In this document: in pieces, positions 1 to 11,200 of the stretch
Layout: each line of letters begins with the position of its first letter
How positions within the stretch are numbered: position 1 is the first letter of the stretch
Assembly (NCBI GenBank): GCA_011109175.1
Contig: RDEW01000053.1
Span: 257,662 to 290,661 of the forward strand
Length of the DNA: 33,000 nucleotides
Direction of reading: 5' to 3'
Source: Dicyema japonicum
Lineage: Eukaryota; Animalia; Dicyemida
Notes under the pieces: generated by a model
What the model was told of the DNA's origin: nothing
Databases searched by the model: none
What the model saw: the letters and a program-made list of their open reading frames with translations, nothing else
Translations under genes and position numbers: made by a program

Positions 1-895
1 TGATTTCTGGGTTTGGAGATACCCTGAAGGAATGTCCCCCAGTGAGAAATGCCGGATTCTAAGTTATCGGATCAGAAATACGGATGTTGGTGGTCACAAA
101 GGTTTCGGTTTACGTTGAAATTGATAGCATTCCCTTCTGTTGATAACCCATCATCCCCGCCTTCGCACTGAGTGACCATTTTCGGGGGACTGATCGGTCT
201 CATTGTTAGTGATAGTGGGATGGATAAAGCCACGAACCCTGAGATCATGATCAAACTCCCATGCCAGCCATATTGGCGTAGACAAGTCGAAATTATCACT
301 GGAAATATGCTGGATCCAAAACTGGAACCCAAGCAGGCCAAGCTCAGAGCCACGGGTCTCCTCTTATCAAAATAGAAGCCCACCATGACCTGGGCACTAA
401 ATGAAAGCGTGCATAAAGCGCCCCCTATGGTTTACTAGTACAGCCTAACCAGCCAAGAAGCCCATAGTGAGAAGCAAGACCCCAAAGGAGGGGGCATAAT
501 ATGAGCACAGGAAACTCCCAGAAGCCAGGATAGAAGAAGCAATACAAATCGGTCTCACTCCAAATCGGTCGAAGAGAAACCCGACGATTGGTCCTAGGTG
601 ATGAGTATGATCTCTTACCAAAGGCATAGGTGATGGAGTATAGTATGGAGATGACTAGGGAGGCCATAAAGAGGGAAACGTTGAATGTCTCCTGAATGCT
701 TGGAATGACGACTCCAGTGGACCCAAGGATTCCGTCCACAATGGTGTTGAATATAAATGAGGCAAAAACAACGACCCACCCCCACCCACCGTCTGGGGGG
801 ACAGGGAGAGATATTATTTTGGTTAGGATATCTCTTTCAAGGTTTAATTCTTCAGGGAACTGAAGTTGGTCGATTCCGTCAAAGCCGTTGCTCAT
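1..895 (-). CDS. Monocarboxylate transporter-like MFS protein (SLC16 family); 3' end runs off the window
   Basis: Contains PPDGGWGWVVVFASF (SLC16 TM1 signature), GPIVGFLFDRFGVRP and YFDKRRPVA. The ORF-track pieces join in frame after removing GT-AG introns at 594-618 (25 nt), 425-449 (25 nt) and 59-81 (23 nt). The start is uncertain: ATG at 895, but the ORF is open to 1063. Confidence 0.9.
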
Positions 896-1129
896 GTCCG
901 CACAAAAACGCCACCACAGTTTTTCTAATAGACTAAACCGCAACCACACGCTGCACATGCCCAAACACAAGTTATTTTGGATTAATCTCCCCCGCCATGT
1001 TCGATCGATATGGCGAAACATTTCGCTTTGTGATGACAACCGATCACTGCTGACAACCCCCAAGTTTTTTGTTTTCTAAATTATCGAAACCTCACAATTC
1101 TAGATAAAACAGTCATTGTCATACATTTT

Positions 1130-1330
1130 GAAATAACCCCGGATATACCAGAAATGTGTTTCACCTAGATCTCCCGTCGGAGTGGGACGTACCTTTTCCA
1201 ACCATAACGTCCCTTCCAGGTATTTTCCACCACGGGAACTTCTCTACAGGAGTAGGGACGGGAGGGTTCCTTTTCGGACGTCGGCCAGTCATTGGGTGTC
1301 TCCTGAGTTAGATGAATCTAATAAAGGGAC
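1130..1330 (-). repeat. Divergent relative of SINE family A
   Basis: The reverse complement keeps the core (GATTCATCT..CTCAGGAGACACCCAATG..CGAAAAGGA..CCCTACTCC) and the tail GGTATATCCGGGGTTATT. Confidence 0.55.
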
Positions 1331-2039
1331 ATCCTTCCACCAATAGGTGGGGGAGTGGAAATACAGGTGGAATAATTTAGCGTGAATCTCATAAAAGCTT
1401 GAAAACACCACAGGTACCCCGAGTTTAAGTTTTCTATGGAATTAACGGAATCTGATCAGGGAAACAGCAAATATCAATGTGGAGATAAGCAGAATCTGAA
1501 AGACGACCCTTAAGTGTAAGTCGAGAAATCGCTGACTATGATTATCATGACTTCCTTCCAAGTAGTGAATACCCTCCAAGTGTAAAGAGGCTCAATGAAA
1601 ATGAGGTCACATGACTGAAGAAATGGAGTCACCAAAACCGTTCCATTATAATAAAGCCGCATTTAACAATATTCTTGGTGGTAAACACACTTGTGATTGA
1701 TTATTTGTAGTTATTAGATTTAGTGGGATTTTAACTTGGGCAAGATTAGAACACGTGGCACATGTGATATTCCTTTATATCTTATTTCATACTGGTGTAG
1801 TTTGGTGAGACGGAAAGGAATCAGGTGTCCCTTAGTACTCGATCACGGAATTAACACCTTTATGGGGTACTTCACTGTCGTATTACATAAGAGAGAAGCA
1901 TCCTCATCCACCAAATTCCCAGAAGTCTTCGTATTATTTCTATCAGCCGATAATAATACAGACTATAACCATAGCTCAAGCCAAATCATCAGTTTCCTCA
2001 TTCTGGGGATTCAAACTCATCCTTTGGTACATAGTCCAG

Positions 2040-2900
2040 TCCACATGCGAAGAGATCAAGAATGGAGTGGCCACGTGCAACATCTCTTAAGTCTTCAAGA
2101 TGTTCTCCACATTTCATTTTTCTTTTGACGTACTTGAGATCAGCAATAAGTATCCCAGCGTCCACAGAAATGTGTCTGTCTCAACAAAGTACTCATCGCT
2201 ATATAAGCCGGGGAATCCATGTCCACTATGTCCAAAGAGCCTCCACCTCAAATCACTGATCTCGAGACTCAAAGGAAGCAAACATTGTACAAAGCATTCT
2301 TGTCTGTTTTCATTGACCAATTCAGTCCTGAAAATGTCCTGAGCTGCCTTTGATGAAACAAGTCTGTTAGACACCACCACCCTCTTCTCGAGATTGCGAC
2401 TTGTCGGTGGCAGTCTAAATCATCTGGAACGGCATGACTCATCCGTAATTTGTCCCCAAGTAATTCCCATCGGGTCTTGGCAATAATTGTATCCAAGTGC
2501 TCGGATTTGTATCCCAGGTCACCAAGCAAAGACCTGACCTTTTTAGATCTCCTCCACATCTCATCGGTAAGTTTGCTTTCTCGTTTGATTGTAATAAGGT
2601 AGGTTTTTTCATTTATCTTCAGGAACCATCTCCAGGAGCATGATTAAGAGCAATCCTGATATCATTGAGAAGTAGGACCAATTTTAGCTCTAAGTGAGGG
2701 GTGAGTATTTTAGAAGTTCTCCGTTTATACCGTCGATACCGGACATTTTCCGTTATTCAGTTTTTGCAAAGCCGTTTGTATCTTAGTTAGAGTTATAGGG
2801 ATGTTTAAAAATCTCGGGTCTCAGACTAACTGATGTATCTCCTCAAAGTCGGCTATTTTTTCTGCCATCTCCTTTTTGTCAAACATTTTTCTTCATTAAA
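2040..2900 (-). mobile_element. Degenerate RTE-type LINE, internally deleted
   Basis: IQTALQKLNNGK..GIDGINGELLKY precedes the RT region. It is followed by WRRSKKVRSLL, FHQRQLRTFSGLNW, PLSLEISDLRWRLFGH and LEDLRDVAR, typical of the RTE C-terminus. Confidence 0.75.
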
Positions 2901-2929
2901 AATTGTTAGAGGCGTTTTCCGTCATTAAT

Positions 2930-4000
2930 TGTAATACCGATGCCCTGTCACTGACACTCCAGCACTTTTGAATCGAGGTCGCATATCGTCATTGGACCGT
3001 GGTGTCCATTCATCCTCGCAAATGCGGAGAAATCCGGAACCACATCTACGAGTTCTAGATTCCGTCAGCAGGGGAAGTATTTCTGTTTCACATTGTGGTC
3101 CCAGCATACGTGTTGTTTTCCTTTACAGTAAGTTTAGTTTTTGGATAGTGGCCTCTGATAGCGCGAATCTCCACGCAGCAGAGACATATTCCACAGCCGG
3201 CGCAATTGTCTGGCGGTATATGGTTCAGATTGCTTTATTCATATTCGCTGGGGTCTTCTGGATGAGGACATTCAATTTCTGTAGTCCTTTGGTGATGACT
3301 TGTTTGGCATGCTAGGTAAAAGTGAGCAGCCTGTCGTATGTCACTCCCAGGATTGAGGGGTTTCTTGTGACAGGTATCCGAGTATGTCCGATGAAGATTT
3401 CTGGTTCTTCTTTGGACTGACGGTCGGAGGTGAATAGAGTGCATGTTGATTTTGGATCTAATACCGAGAGACAGTTAGCTATCAACCAATCGTGGATACA
3501 ATCCACTTTCTTCTGTGCGAGTGAGACTGCTTCTGATGTTGAACTGCTTCTTGTTGCAATGATGATATCGTCAGCATAAGAAAGCGTCAGCATGACCCTC
3601 CTACGTCTTCCAGATCAAAAAATTGGCCAACCATAGCATCAAGTTGGGCGAATTTTTGAATCAAAGATTTTTCCAATTAAATGTTTCCTCGGTCAAACGC
3701 CTTGTTGATGTCAATCGAGACCATTGTTGTCCGCATGTTTTTGGGGCAGCGTTGAAACCATCCCCAATGAACTGCGAAAGCGTTGATAATAAAGTCGTGG
3801 TTGATCTTTTCAGAACGGAATCCGTGTTGGAAATTCGGTTCAGTTAGGGAAGGAGTAATTTCAGATAAGATCAGTGTTTCCAACACTAATGATATAGTAG
3901 AGGTCAATGAGATTGGTCTGTATGAACTGGGATCTCCTTTTGATTTTCCGGCCTTATGAATTGGAATGATGAGCGAATTCTTCCATGTTTTGGGGATAAT
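2930..4000 (-). mobile_element. Degenerate LINE RT (Jockey/I-like)
   Basis: WKNSLIIPIHKAGK..SYRPISLTS, FQHGFR, SIDINKAFD, YADDIII and ILGVTYDRLLTF, with frameshifts. Confidence 0.9.
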
Positions 4001-4009
4001 TACATATTA

Positions 4010-4080
4010 TTTAATAATCCCGAAAAGGGAACACCAAGAAAGAAGGGGTAAACCAACTAATTAAGTGATCCCGGTACACC
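4010..4080 (-). mobile_element. Isolated LINE 3' tail
   Basis: Reverse complement GGATCACTTAATTAGTTGGTTTACC...CCCTTTTCGGGATTATTAA is nearly the same as the tail of the 17775-18480 LINE. Confidence 0.7.
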
Positions 4081-4321
4081 GAAAAATGTTAGCGTGGCGT
4101 CATGTGGTTCACCTTTTATGGTGGCGCTCAATGTCGAATTTCACCAAAAAAAACGATTTTCTCTTTTCCATCCAGACTCCTCGTATGCCTGGATGGTACA
4201 CCTCAACTGGAATTACATTTTATGCTCCATTTTAATCGGCAAAATTAGGATTATTAGTAAATTATTTACTAAAAACATTAAACAGAAATTTTTAATTTAA
4301 ATTTAAACTAAAGTTCTTTGT

Positions 4322-6254
4322 ATGCCTCATTTTTACGACGATATCGACCTCACAGATAAAATCCTCAAAAAGGCTTGGAAGTACAAATTTATATTTAAAA
4401 CTAAGAAAGCATAAGCATCAAATAAAAGCCAGCGAAACAACCGAGCAGAAACGCCTCCGGAGACTCTCAAGAAAGAATTCAAACAAAAATACCGCCAAAT
4501 GCGGACAAAAGTACCCGTAAACATTGAATTTCAGTCTCATGCCCCCCACAGCATGGCCCAACCCTTCGTCTGGCACAAGAAACTTGAAAAGGAGGGAAAA
4601 CTGCACCTTTCCCGGAAACAACTGGAGAAGGAACAGTCCGAGAAAATGGTCCACATTGCGGTTTCCGTGGCTTTTTTACTCCTAGAGAGAATTAGAAGAG
4701 TACAAAATGGCCAAGGCAGCCCGGAACCGACAGCACACAGAACGAAACAATACATTTGTAAGTCCGGGACTAACCTTAGGAATTGATCCAACGGAGAAAG
4801 ACTCAGCCTACAACGTTGAGTGGGCTCAGAGCGACGAGAGGGTGTGGGACCGTTTAATTTGTAGTTCCAACTCGAGCAGGCCACTCTGAGGATGAAGCTC
4901 AGACTGGGGAACAACAGAGGTTTGTCTTTTGGGGGATCCCAGCCAAGCCTATTGACTTTCTGTGGAATTACGCGACCAGTCTCCACGATGGCTCCTCCTG
5001 TGGGGCTGTGAAGCTTAAACACCCTGTGGAATACTTCGAATCGGTAGAAAACGAGGACTTGGAGGACCTCCTGTACGACATCCAGGTGATAAAGACTCTG
5101 GAGAGTGGTAATAACGCGGAATTTTGGGACGAAATTACTGTGTTGATTGAGGATCAATACTCCAGGAACCAAAAGGATCCCAATGACGGTAGGTCCCCAT
5201 TTTTGAGGTCTCCCAGAGGAGAGTCGGTACAGGATGGACGGAGGGGTCAGCTCGGAGACCATGGAGAAAGTGGGGTCCCTGATTGATGGGAAGACCGCAG
5301 ATTGCTTGCGGACGATGCAGAAGTTCGCCTTAGAGAAGTTGAAGGGAGGCGAGGGAGTTGACATTGGTTTGAAGATTGCTTAGTTTAGGGTTCTGGGAGA
5401 CCCTGTCGAGGAGATTGAGGGTGGCTATAGCACGTGCTTCATTGAATGAGAAGCACGAGTTCACCATGGCTAGTCATCCGAGTCTGATCGCGGAGAAGAA
5501 AGATTCCGTGATTGAGGTGGAGACTGAGTCCCTTGGGGAGAGCGAGGAGGAAGATAATGAATGGAAATACTCCCCTGTTTTGTTGGACGATGAAGAATTC
5601 GGGACCTGGCAGTGGATGAGGATGATGACGCTTTGAAATTGGCGGGAGCGAGGCTGCAGGTTCAGAAAATGACGCAAATGCTGGTTTTCCGTGATTCCGT
5701 GAGTGTAGATGGACAAAGAACAAGAGTTTGAGTTAATAGCACGTGAGGGGATGAACAACGACGAGTCAGTGCTCGACACTCAAATAGATCTTGGGAGTCA
5801 TAAGGCCCAATGGATGGGTAAGTACAAACCACGGAAGCCGAGGTTCTTCAACCGTGTTTTGATGGGGTTTGAGTGGAACCGGTACAACCAGACTCACTAT
5901 GATCCTGATAATCCCCGCCTAAGGTGGTGCAGGGGTACAAATTTAACGTAAGGGTGAGTGAGGTAATGGTAGATATATTATCCTGATTTGATCGACAAGA
6001 CCAAGCCCCCTACGTTCACTCTGGTTTAGATGGGCTTTATTGGTAGAATACGGTGGAGGATGAGGATTCGTTTATTTTGCGGATTATAGCGGGTCCCCCT
6101 TATGAAGTAAGTGAGTTGCTAATGAAAGGATATTGCCTTTAAGATTGTAGACAGAGATTGGGAGTTGTCGTGGAAGTATGGATATAGATGTCAATTTCAA
6201 AATGACATTTTCCAGTTGTGGTTTAATCTGAGGAAAGAGCGATATCGACGATAA
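4322..6254 (+). CDS. CACTIN: Cactin (spliceosome-associated protein)
   Basis: Cactin motifs occur in order: ETTEQKRLRRL, PFVWHKKLEKEG, FQLEQATLRMKLRLGNNRAKPIDFL, EDLEDLLYDI, GFWETL, KYSPVLL, KYKPRKPRFFNRVLMGFEWNRYNQTHYDPDNP, GPPYEDIAFKIVDRDW, FQLWFNLRKERYRR*. Introns: 4381-4405, 4511-4534 (tentative), 4661-4685, 4758-4779, 4842-4864, 4920-4942, 5189-5216, 5367-5388, 5684-5708, 5948-5972, 6024-6046, 6107-6128. Four 1-nt insertions are needed to keep frame (see findings). Confidence 0.95.
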
Positions 6255-6353
6255 TTATTATTTCTTTTAATGTTTGTAATATTATTATGTTCCTATTTGA
6301 GATTTTTGGTTATTTGACTTACTGCTTTGTTTTTGAGGCGGTATATTTTGCCC

Positions 6354-6663
6354 GCGTGGCACCATGTGCTGCTTCGTGGATAATTGGTTCAAGTTTCTAT
6401 TTTGTTCGTCTGTTCCTCCTCTCTCTTCCTATTAGAGTGGCGTCATGTGATCCACCTGTCTAGGTGGCGCCCAGTGCCAGGCACGAAAAAGGATCGTTTG
6501 CTTTCCCCCACTCCACTAGAGGGGTTTCCACAACTGCATGTAATGGACGTCTTATCTTTTATGCTGATTCCGGATGGACTCTCTGTAGAAGTGTAAACTG
6601 GATACACTTAATTAGTTGTTTACTTTAACTTCTTTCTCGGTGTATCCGGGTTAATAAATAATA
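6354..6663 (+). mobile_element. ~310-bp SINE-like repeat, family A, copy 1
   Basis: Aligns end to end with 17134-17457 and 18572-18898. It has no coding motifs and ends in CGGTGTATCCGGGTTAATAAATAA. Confidence 0.85.
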
Positions 6664-6828
6664 GTGGTTAGTGCTGGTTGCTCTGGGTTCTGGTTTCATC
6701 AAATCCTAGGAGGCATCTGATGATCTACTTGTCTTAAGAGACATTCCTGGGCGGTATCCAAGAAGGATCTATCTCTTCCCTACTCCAGTGAAAAGCGGAT
6801 ATGGATGGACGTGATCCTCGTACAGGAT
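6664..6828 (+). repeat. Divergent SINE-A-core element, cut by an N at 6829
   Basis: GATGATCTACTTGTCT...AAGAAGGATC...CCCTACTCCA resembles the family A core. Its 5' part is different (TAGTGGTTAG..GGGTTC, weakly tRNA-like). Confidence 0.45.
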
Positions 6829-7326
6829 NAAAAATTCGAATTTTTTGATGAGTTAGCAAAATTTTACAAAGTTTCCTAACTAAAAGGCTTCAATAACTCG
6901 AAACTTCATAATCCGAATCTGAAGGACATTTATTAAAAATTGTTTAAAAAAGCCTGAGGAAATTAACTGTCTTGATTAATTTGCTAATGTAAATATAATG
7001 CAAGATCCTGTTTTGAATGAGTACAAAAGAACTGAACTTGCTAATGAATAAGAAATAACTCGAACAGAAGTGCTCAAGAAAAACGAAATCGTCATTCTTT
7101 GTGAATGTCGACGAGAAATCTAGATTGAGAGATTATTTTTATTTTTTTCTTTTTACTATTAAAAATTTATTAACAATAAAATATTATTTATTAACTATGG
7201 GGGAGAGCGGCTGCTGACATAACGGAGTAAGCGTTACCGCGAACAACTGCGATACCAATTCTTTGCCTCAGCGAGAGATTATTATCTATGAAAACATAAA
7301 TATCACTACAATTAATTTAATATATT

Positions 7327-7388
7327 TATTCCTTCACAGACCGAAAGTCATCCAAATTTTTTTTGTTCGGATTAATGAGGGTTTACTG
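7327..7388 (-). mobile_element. Terminal region of a pogo/Tigger-like DNA transposon (right end, followed by TA)
   Basis: Reverse complement CAGTAAACCCTCATTAATCCGAAC...GTGAAGG, flanked by TA at 7389-7390. TA plus a CAGT start is typical of pogo-type TIRs. The same end occurs at 17076. Confidence 0.65.
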
Positions 7389-8163
7389 TATTATATCTTT
7401 TAGGCTGTAAGCAATTAGCCCAAAAATGTGGTTACAACGAAAAGTTCTACGAAACTCATAAATTCCCATATCGATAATATTACTTCCCAGAGAACCACTA
7501 AATCTTTCTCAACGTCCTTATTATTAGAATTTGTATAAACTGTGAGGGTCTATGATTAGTTTCGAACATGTCACATGGGTGGCTTAAAGCCTATGGGCAG
7601 ATCGTTTTTTTACGTGTTTCCATGGTAACCAGAGATATACTACATAATATGACTTTCTTGTAACTCTTATAAGAAATACATTTTATTAATTCATTAATTT
7701 TTTAATACATTTAACTAATTCATTACAAAAGAGTAAACACTTATATGATTTAATTTAGAATTTTCGTAAAAGAAACACATAAAAATTGGTTATTCTCTGG
7801 ACTGTGATTCCGAGATGGAAACCCGTGCCAGATCCATCCATCTGATCTCACACGGAGGCATCAATAAAATCGAATTTCTCTGCTGTCGGATCTATTTTAT
7901 AGTAAAGAGTTCTGTAATAATAAAGGTTACGAATGAATGCGAGGTTTGTAAGTTTTCGTTTCCTCTTAAAGTTATCTTTTTTTCAAATAACTGCTTAGAT
8001 TGTTGACGAGAACATTCGTGTTTTTGCGTCTGCTCCAAATGAGCGTTTTCAGATTGATCTAATCGATAAAGGATATAATATAAATAATAAAACCTTTTCA
8101 AGAAAGCCATAGTATTTATAGCTCCGCATAGGCAGGACACACACTTTATTTAAGTAAAAAACA

Positions 8164-8383
8164 GTTTAATTTTAACTAATCGTAGAACCAAGGAATGATC
8201 TTCACTTCTTTTTTCTTTTTTCTTGTGTGAGTGTCCTTTCTAGACAATCCAGTTCCGATGACGGGGTCACTCGTCAAACCCTTGATGCGTGAAACCTTCC
8301 ACCAGGTGAACAGCAGCGAAATTCTTACCCGTAGCCTAAGCCACTTAAGCCCGACACCTAACCACTATGCCACCCGGCTACCG
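8164..8383 (-). mobile_element. tRNA-derived SINE, family B
   Basis: The head GGTAGCCGGGTGGCATAGTGGTTAGG contains an A box and a decayed B box. Body and 3' region align with 26657-26867. Confidence 0.75.
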
Positions 8384-8614
8384 CTAGCCGATTCAGAAAT
8401 AGTTGAAACGTCATTAATTCTTGTCACTGATTCTATAATTAAGTCTTAATGTACCGTTCGAATGGCGTCTCATTTTATAGAGTGCATTGTCTCATTTTAT
8501 TTAACATCGGCCTTGAAAAAGCGAAACTAACGTAGATATATATAACCCGCATAAATGGATCCTATTTGTAATTGATGTATATAGTTGGTAATAAAATTAT
8601 AAAGAAAAAGAAGC

Positions 8615-9345
8615 AAATCAACATCGTCTGGCTTGTTTGGTGTCAGCTTCAAGTGGAAAAACTGGAGCATGTCTTAGTGCAATACCTTGGCCAAACCTCG
8701 AGACCTTTTTGGACGACGATTCTTTGAGGATTGGAATCAGACAAAGGCTAGGATTAGACGTTTGCAAGAGCACCGATGCCGATGCGGGAAAACAGTCGAT
8801 GCCAAGGGATTGCACCCATTGTCCTGCAGAAGAAGCGCCGGAATGGGACCAGGTCATGCTGCTTTGAACGATGTGATCGTCAGAGCTCTGAAAGCTACAG
8901 ACTTCCAAGCACAGCTTGAATTAGTGGGTCTTGATCGAGGAGAAGAAAAGAGACCCTGTTTCCCTTCACGTCTGGAAGATCTATGTTCTGGGACGCAACT
9001 TGTGTAGACACGTTCTCAAGCACGAATATTTTCAAATCGATTCAGACACCTGGGGCAGCTGTTTCGACTGCGGAGAACCTAAAAATCAAGAAATATTCTT
9101 GCCTCGGGGATCGCTATCGATTTACTCCTGTTGCGACCGAATCATCGGGAGTCGTTGGTCTAATGACGTCTGAGTTCTTGCGAGAACTCGGAGGAATGCT
9201 TGCCAGAAAGAAAGGGATCAACGAGAAGTGTAATGGCTAAGACAAAAGATTCGGAATGCCTATACTCCGAGGAACTTGTTCGCAATCCACGCAGCAGGCA
9301 TCTTCAACTGACATTTGTTTAATTGTTAAAATTTATTTTGATTAA
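8615..9345 (+). mobile_element. CRE-clade non-LTR retrotransposon 3' fragment (zinc finger plus restriction-like endonuclease)
   Basis: LRIGIRQRLGL, CRCG..HPLSCRRSAG..HAALND, WDATCVDT, AENLKIKKY, FTPVATESSG, with frameshifts. Confidence 0.9.
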
Positions 9346-9457
9346 AAAAAATTTAATAAATTCTTTGTAAAATCTACCAAATTGATATCTTGTTACCATG
9401 GAAACACGTAAAAAGCAGGATGCACATTGGCATCAAGCCAATCTTATAAAAATTGTT

Positions 9458-10258
9458 TTTAACGGGTCCTATGGGTAAGTAAAACATTATACCAGGGTCC
9501 TCGATATCTTTAGGTAAAAAAGTCATCTTTTTAAATAATCTAAAAATAGATTTTAAGGGTACTTACCACTTACCATGGATGTATGTCTTATATAGATGAT
9601 CCGGTTCTCATTGAAATGTTCACTGATAACGGCGTCACTCATAAAGTCGAAGTATATTTATGCATGGAACTTTCAGTAATGAGAGGGGTTTTAGGTCCTT
9701 TCTCAACTAGAACAATTAGTTATTGACAGACAATCACACACTCGGACAACTTTCAGACCTGGGCACTCCAAAACATCTCCTGACCTCACATTATGTTCTC
9801 CATCACTATCTTCGGCGATATCCTGGAGAATTGTATATGACCTACAAACAACGAATTACAAACGTGCGAAATGGGATTCATTCAGAGAAAAAGAAAATTT
9901 TTTATCTGAATTTTCCGAAAGAATTTCAAATCGCTTGACGCCGCAGTTAAATTTTTTAATGATATCATCCTCAGTGCCGACAAGAAATACATTCCAAGAG
10001 GACTCATTGCAGACTATAATCCCAATTTCTCTAAGGACCCTTTTATAATATTCAACTTACCTATAGGACCCCGTAAATTAATTTTTATTAAATTTAAAAA
10101 AGATGACTTTTTTACTTTAAGATGTCGAGGACTTTGTACAATATCTCGTGATGTTTCTTGAACTTCTCCAAAACCTGAAAAAAATTAATTGGAGGCCATT
10201 TTGAATGGGAACCATTTTATAATGTGAATTTTTTACTTTGTTCACAAAAATCACCCTA
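9458..10258. repeat. Foldback-like element with inverted ~90-bp subterminal repeat units
   Basis: The unit GGGTCCTATGGGTAAG...GTCCTCGATATCTTTAGGTAAAAAAGTCATCTTTTT (9460-9535) recurs inverted at 10030-10140. Confidence 0.55.
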
Positions 10259-10529
10259 ATATAACAGTCATACAAATATATTCTTATTGTGGTCGAGACA
10301 ACGAAGGAATAAGTGGATAATCGCTTCGTTTCCTAAAGAAACTTGGACGCTTAGTTAAACTAAAAAGCACATGAGACCCGCTGGCTTCTTCAGTCGATCT
10401 CTGTAGTAATCGTGAGAGGCAACGCAACGTCGATAATATCGGCGGAGACCACTTTGGATTGTTGTGTTAATTAATTATTAATTGTTAGTTAGCTATTGTT
10501 AGTAAGTCAACTAACTAACATTCACAACA

Positions 10530-11200
10530 ACGAGAAAGTTAATCAATCGACGTCGCTTCTGCCGCACCCCGGATAAACTTTGCAGTCAGACGTTTACACA
10601 CTTTTCTTGAGATTGCGATTTTTCGGATGTCGTCTAAGTCATAAGATTTTCCAGTCATATTTTCCATTTTTAGGTCGTTATTTAAAGTCAGTAGATATTA
10701 ACAGATATTAACGCAGTCTTCTATTCCTTTAGATACTTACCTTGACTGTGACCAAATCTTTGATTGTTCAACTACATATTTTAATTCATCTTACAATATA
10801 TTTAGTAGCCTGATGGAATCTATTCTATTTGATTGGCAGGGTTTTCATTGGACTTTTGGTTTCTATTTCTAACGCCTAAAAGTTTTTGTGTACTGTTGAA
10901 TACAGGTCGAGCAGTATGATGGAATTATCAGAAGCCTTATCGAATAAGTTTAACTGTGATTCCAATCAAGCAGACTCACCTGTGGCTCTATCTATTCCAA
11001 TCTGCACTTCGGGATAGACCGCATACATTAGATGTGCGATATGTTATGTACAGTCAACATCTCTCACCAAACCAAATAGTCATAGCAATGTATATATATT
11101 TAATATTAAGATTTTTGACTTCTTTGAAAGTTATTGAACTACACCATTCCCGATGCATTGTCCTCGTTATAATTTTGCTAAAGTCATTTGGATTATCGTC
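10530..11200 (-). mobile_element. Highly decayed RTE-type 3' region
   Basis: KLLGVRNRNQKSNEN, RFGHSQG and YDLDDIRKIAISRK resemble the RTE C-terminal motifs seen at 2040-2500. Confidence 0.45.

Larger units (their letters stand above)
7581..9439. repeat. Imperfect ~55-bp inverted repeat pair (7581-7638 and 9385-9439), probable non-autonomous DNA element
   Basis: TTTTTACGTGTTTCCATGGTAAC on the left and GTTACCATGGAAACACGTAAAAA on the right are an exact 23-bp inverted match, with flanking similarity out to GGCTT. Confidence 0.6.

Noticed and set aside
896-1063. N-terminal extension of the transporter (MGVVSSDRL...)
   Set aside because: No family similarity. A 25-nt GT-AG candidate at 925-949 suggests a UTR or alternative exon structure, which cannot be resolved.
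4467-5917. Programmed ribosomal frameshifting in cactin
   Set aside because: No shared slippery site or stop-associated motif; the pattern fits homopolymer read errors.
6364-6385. GTGCTGCTTCG in the SINE A head as U6-derived
   Set aside because: Not conserved in the other two copies, and there is no ACAGAGA box.
6829-6829. Apparent SINE-to-pogo fusion at 6829
   Set aside because: The junction is an N, so adjacency across it is not evidence.
10733-10742. ATACTTACCT as the U1 snRNA 5' end
   Set aside because: No stem-loops or Sm site follow; chance match.
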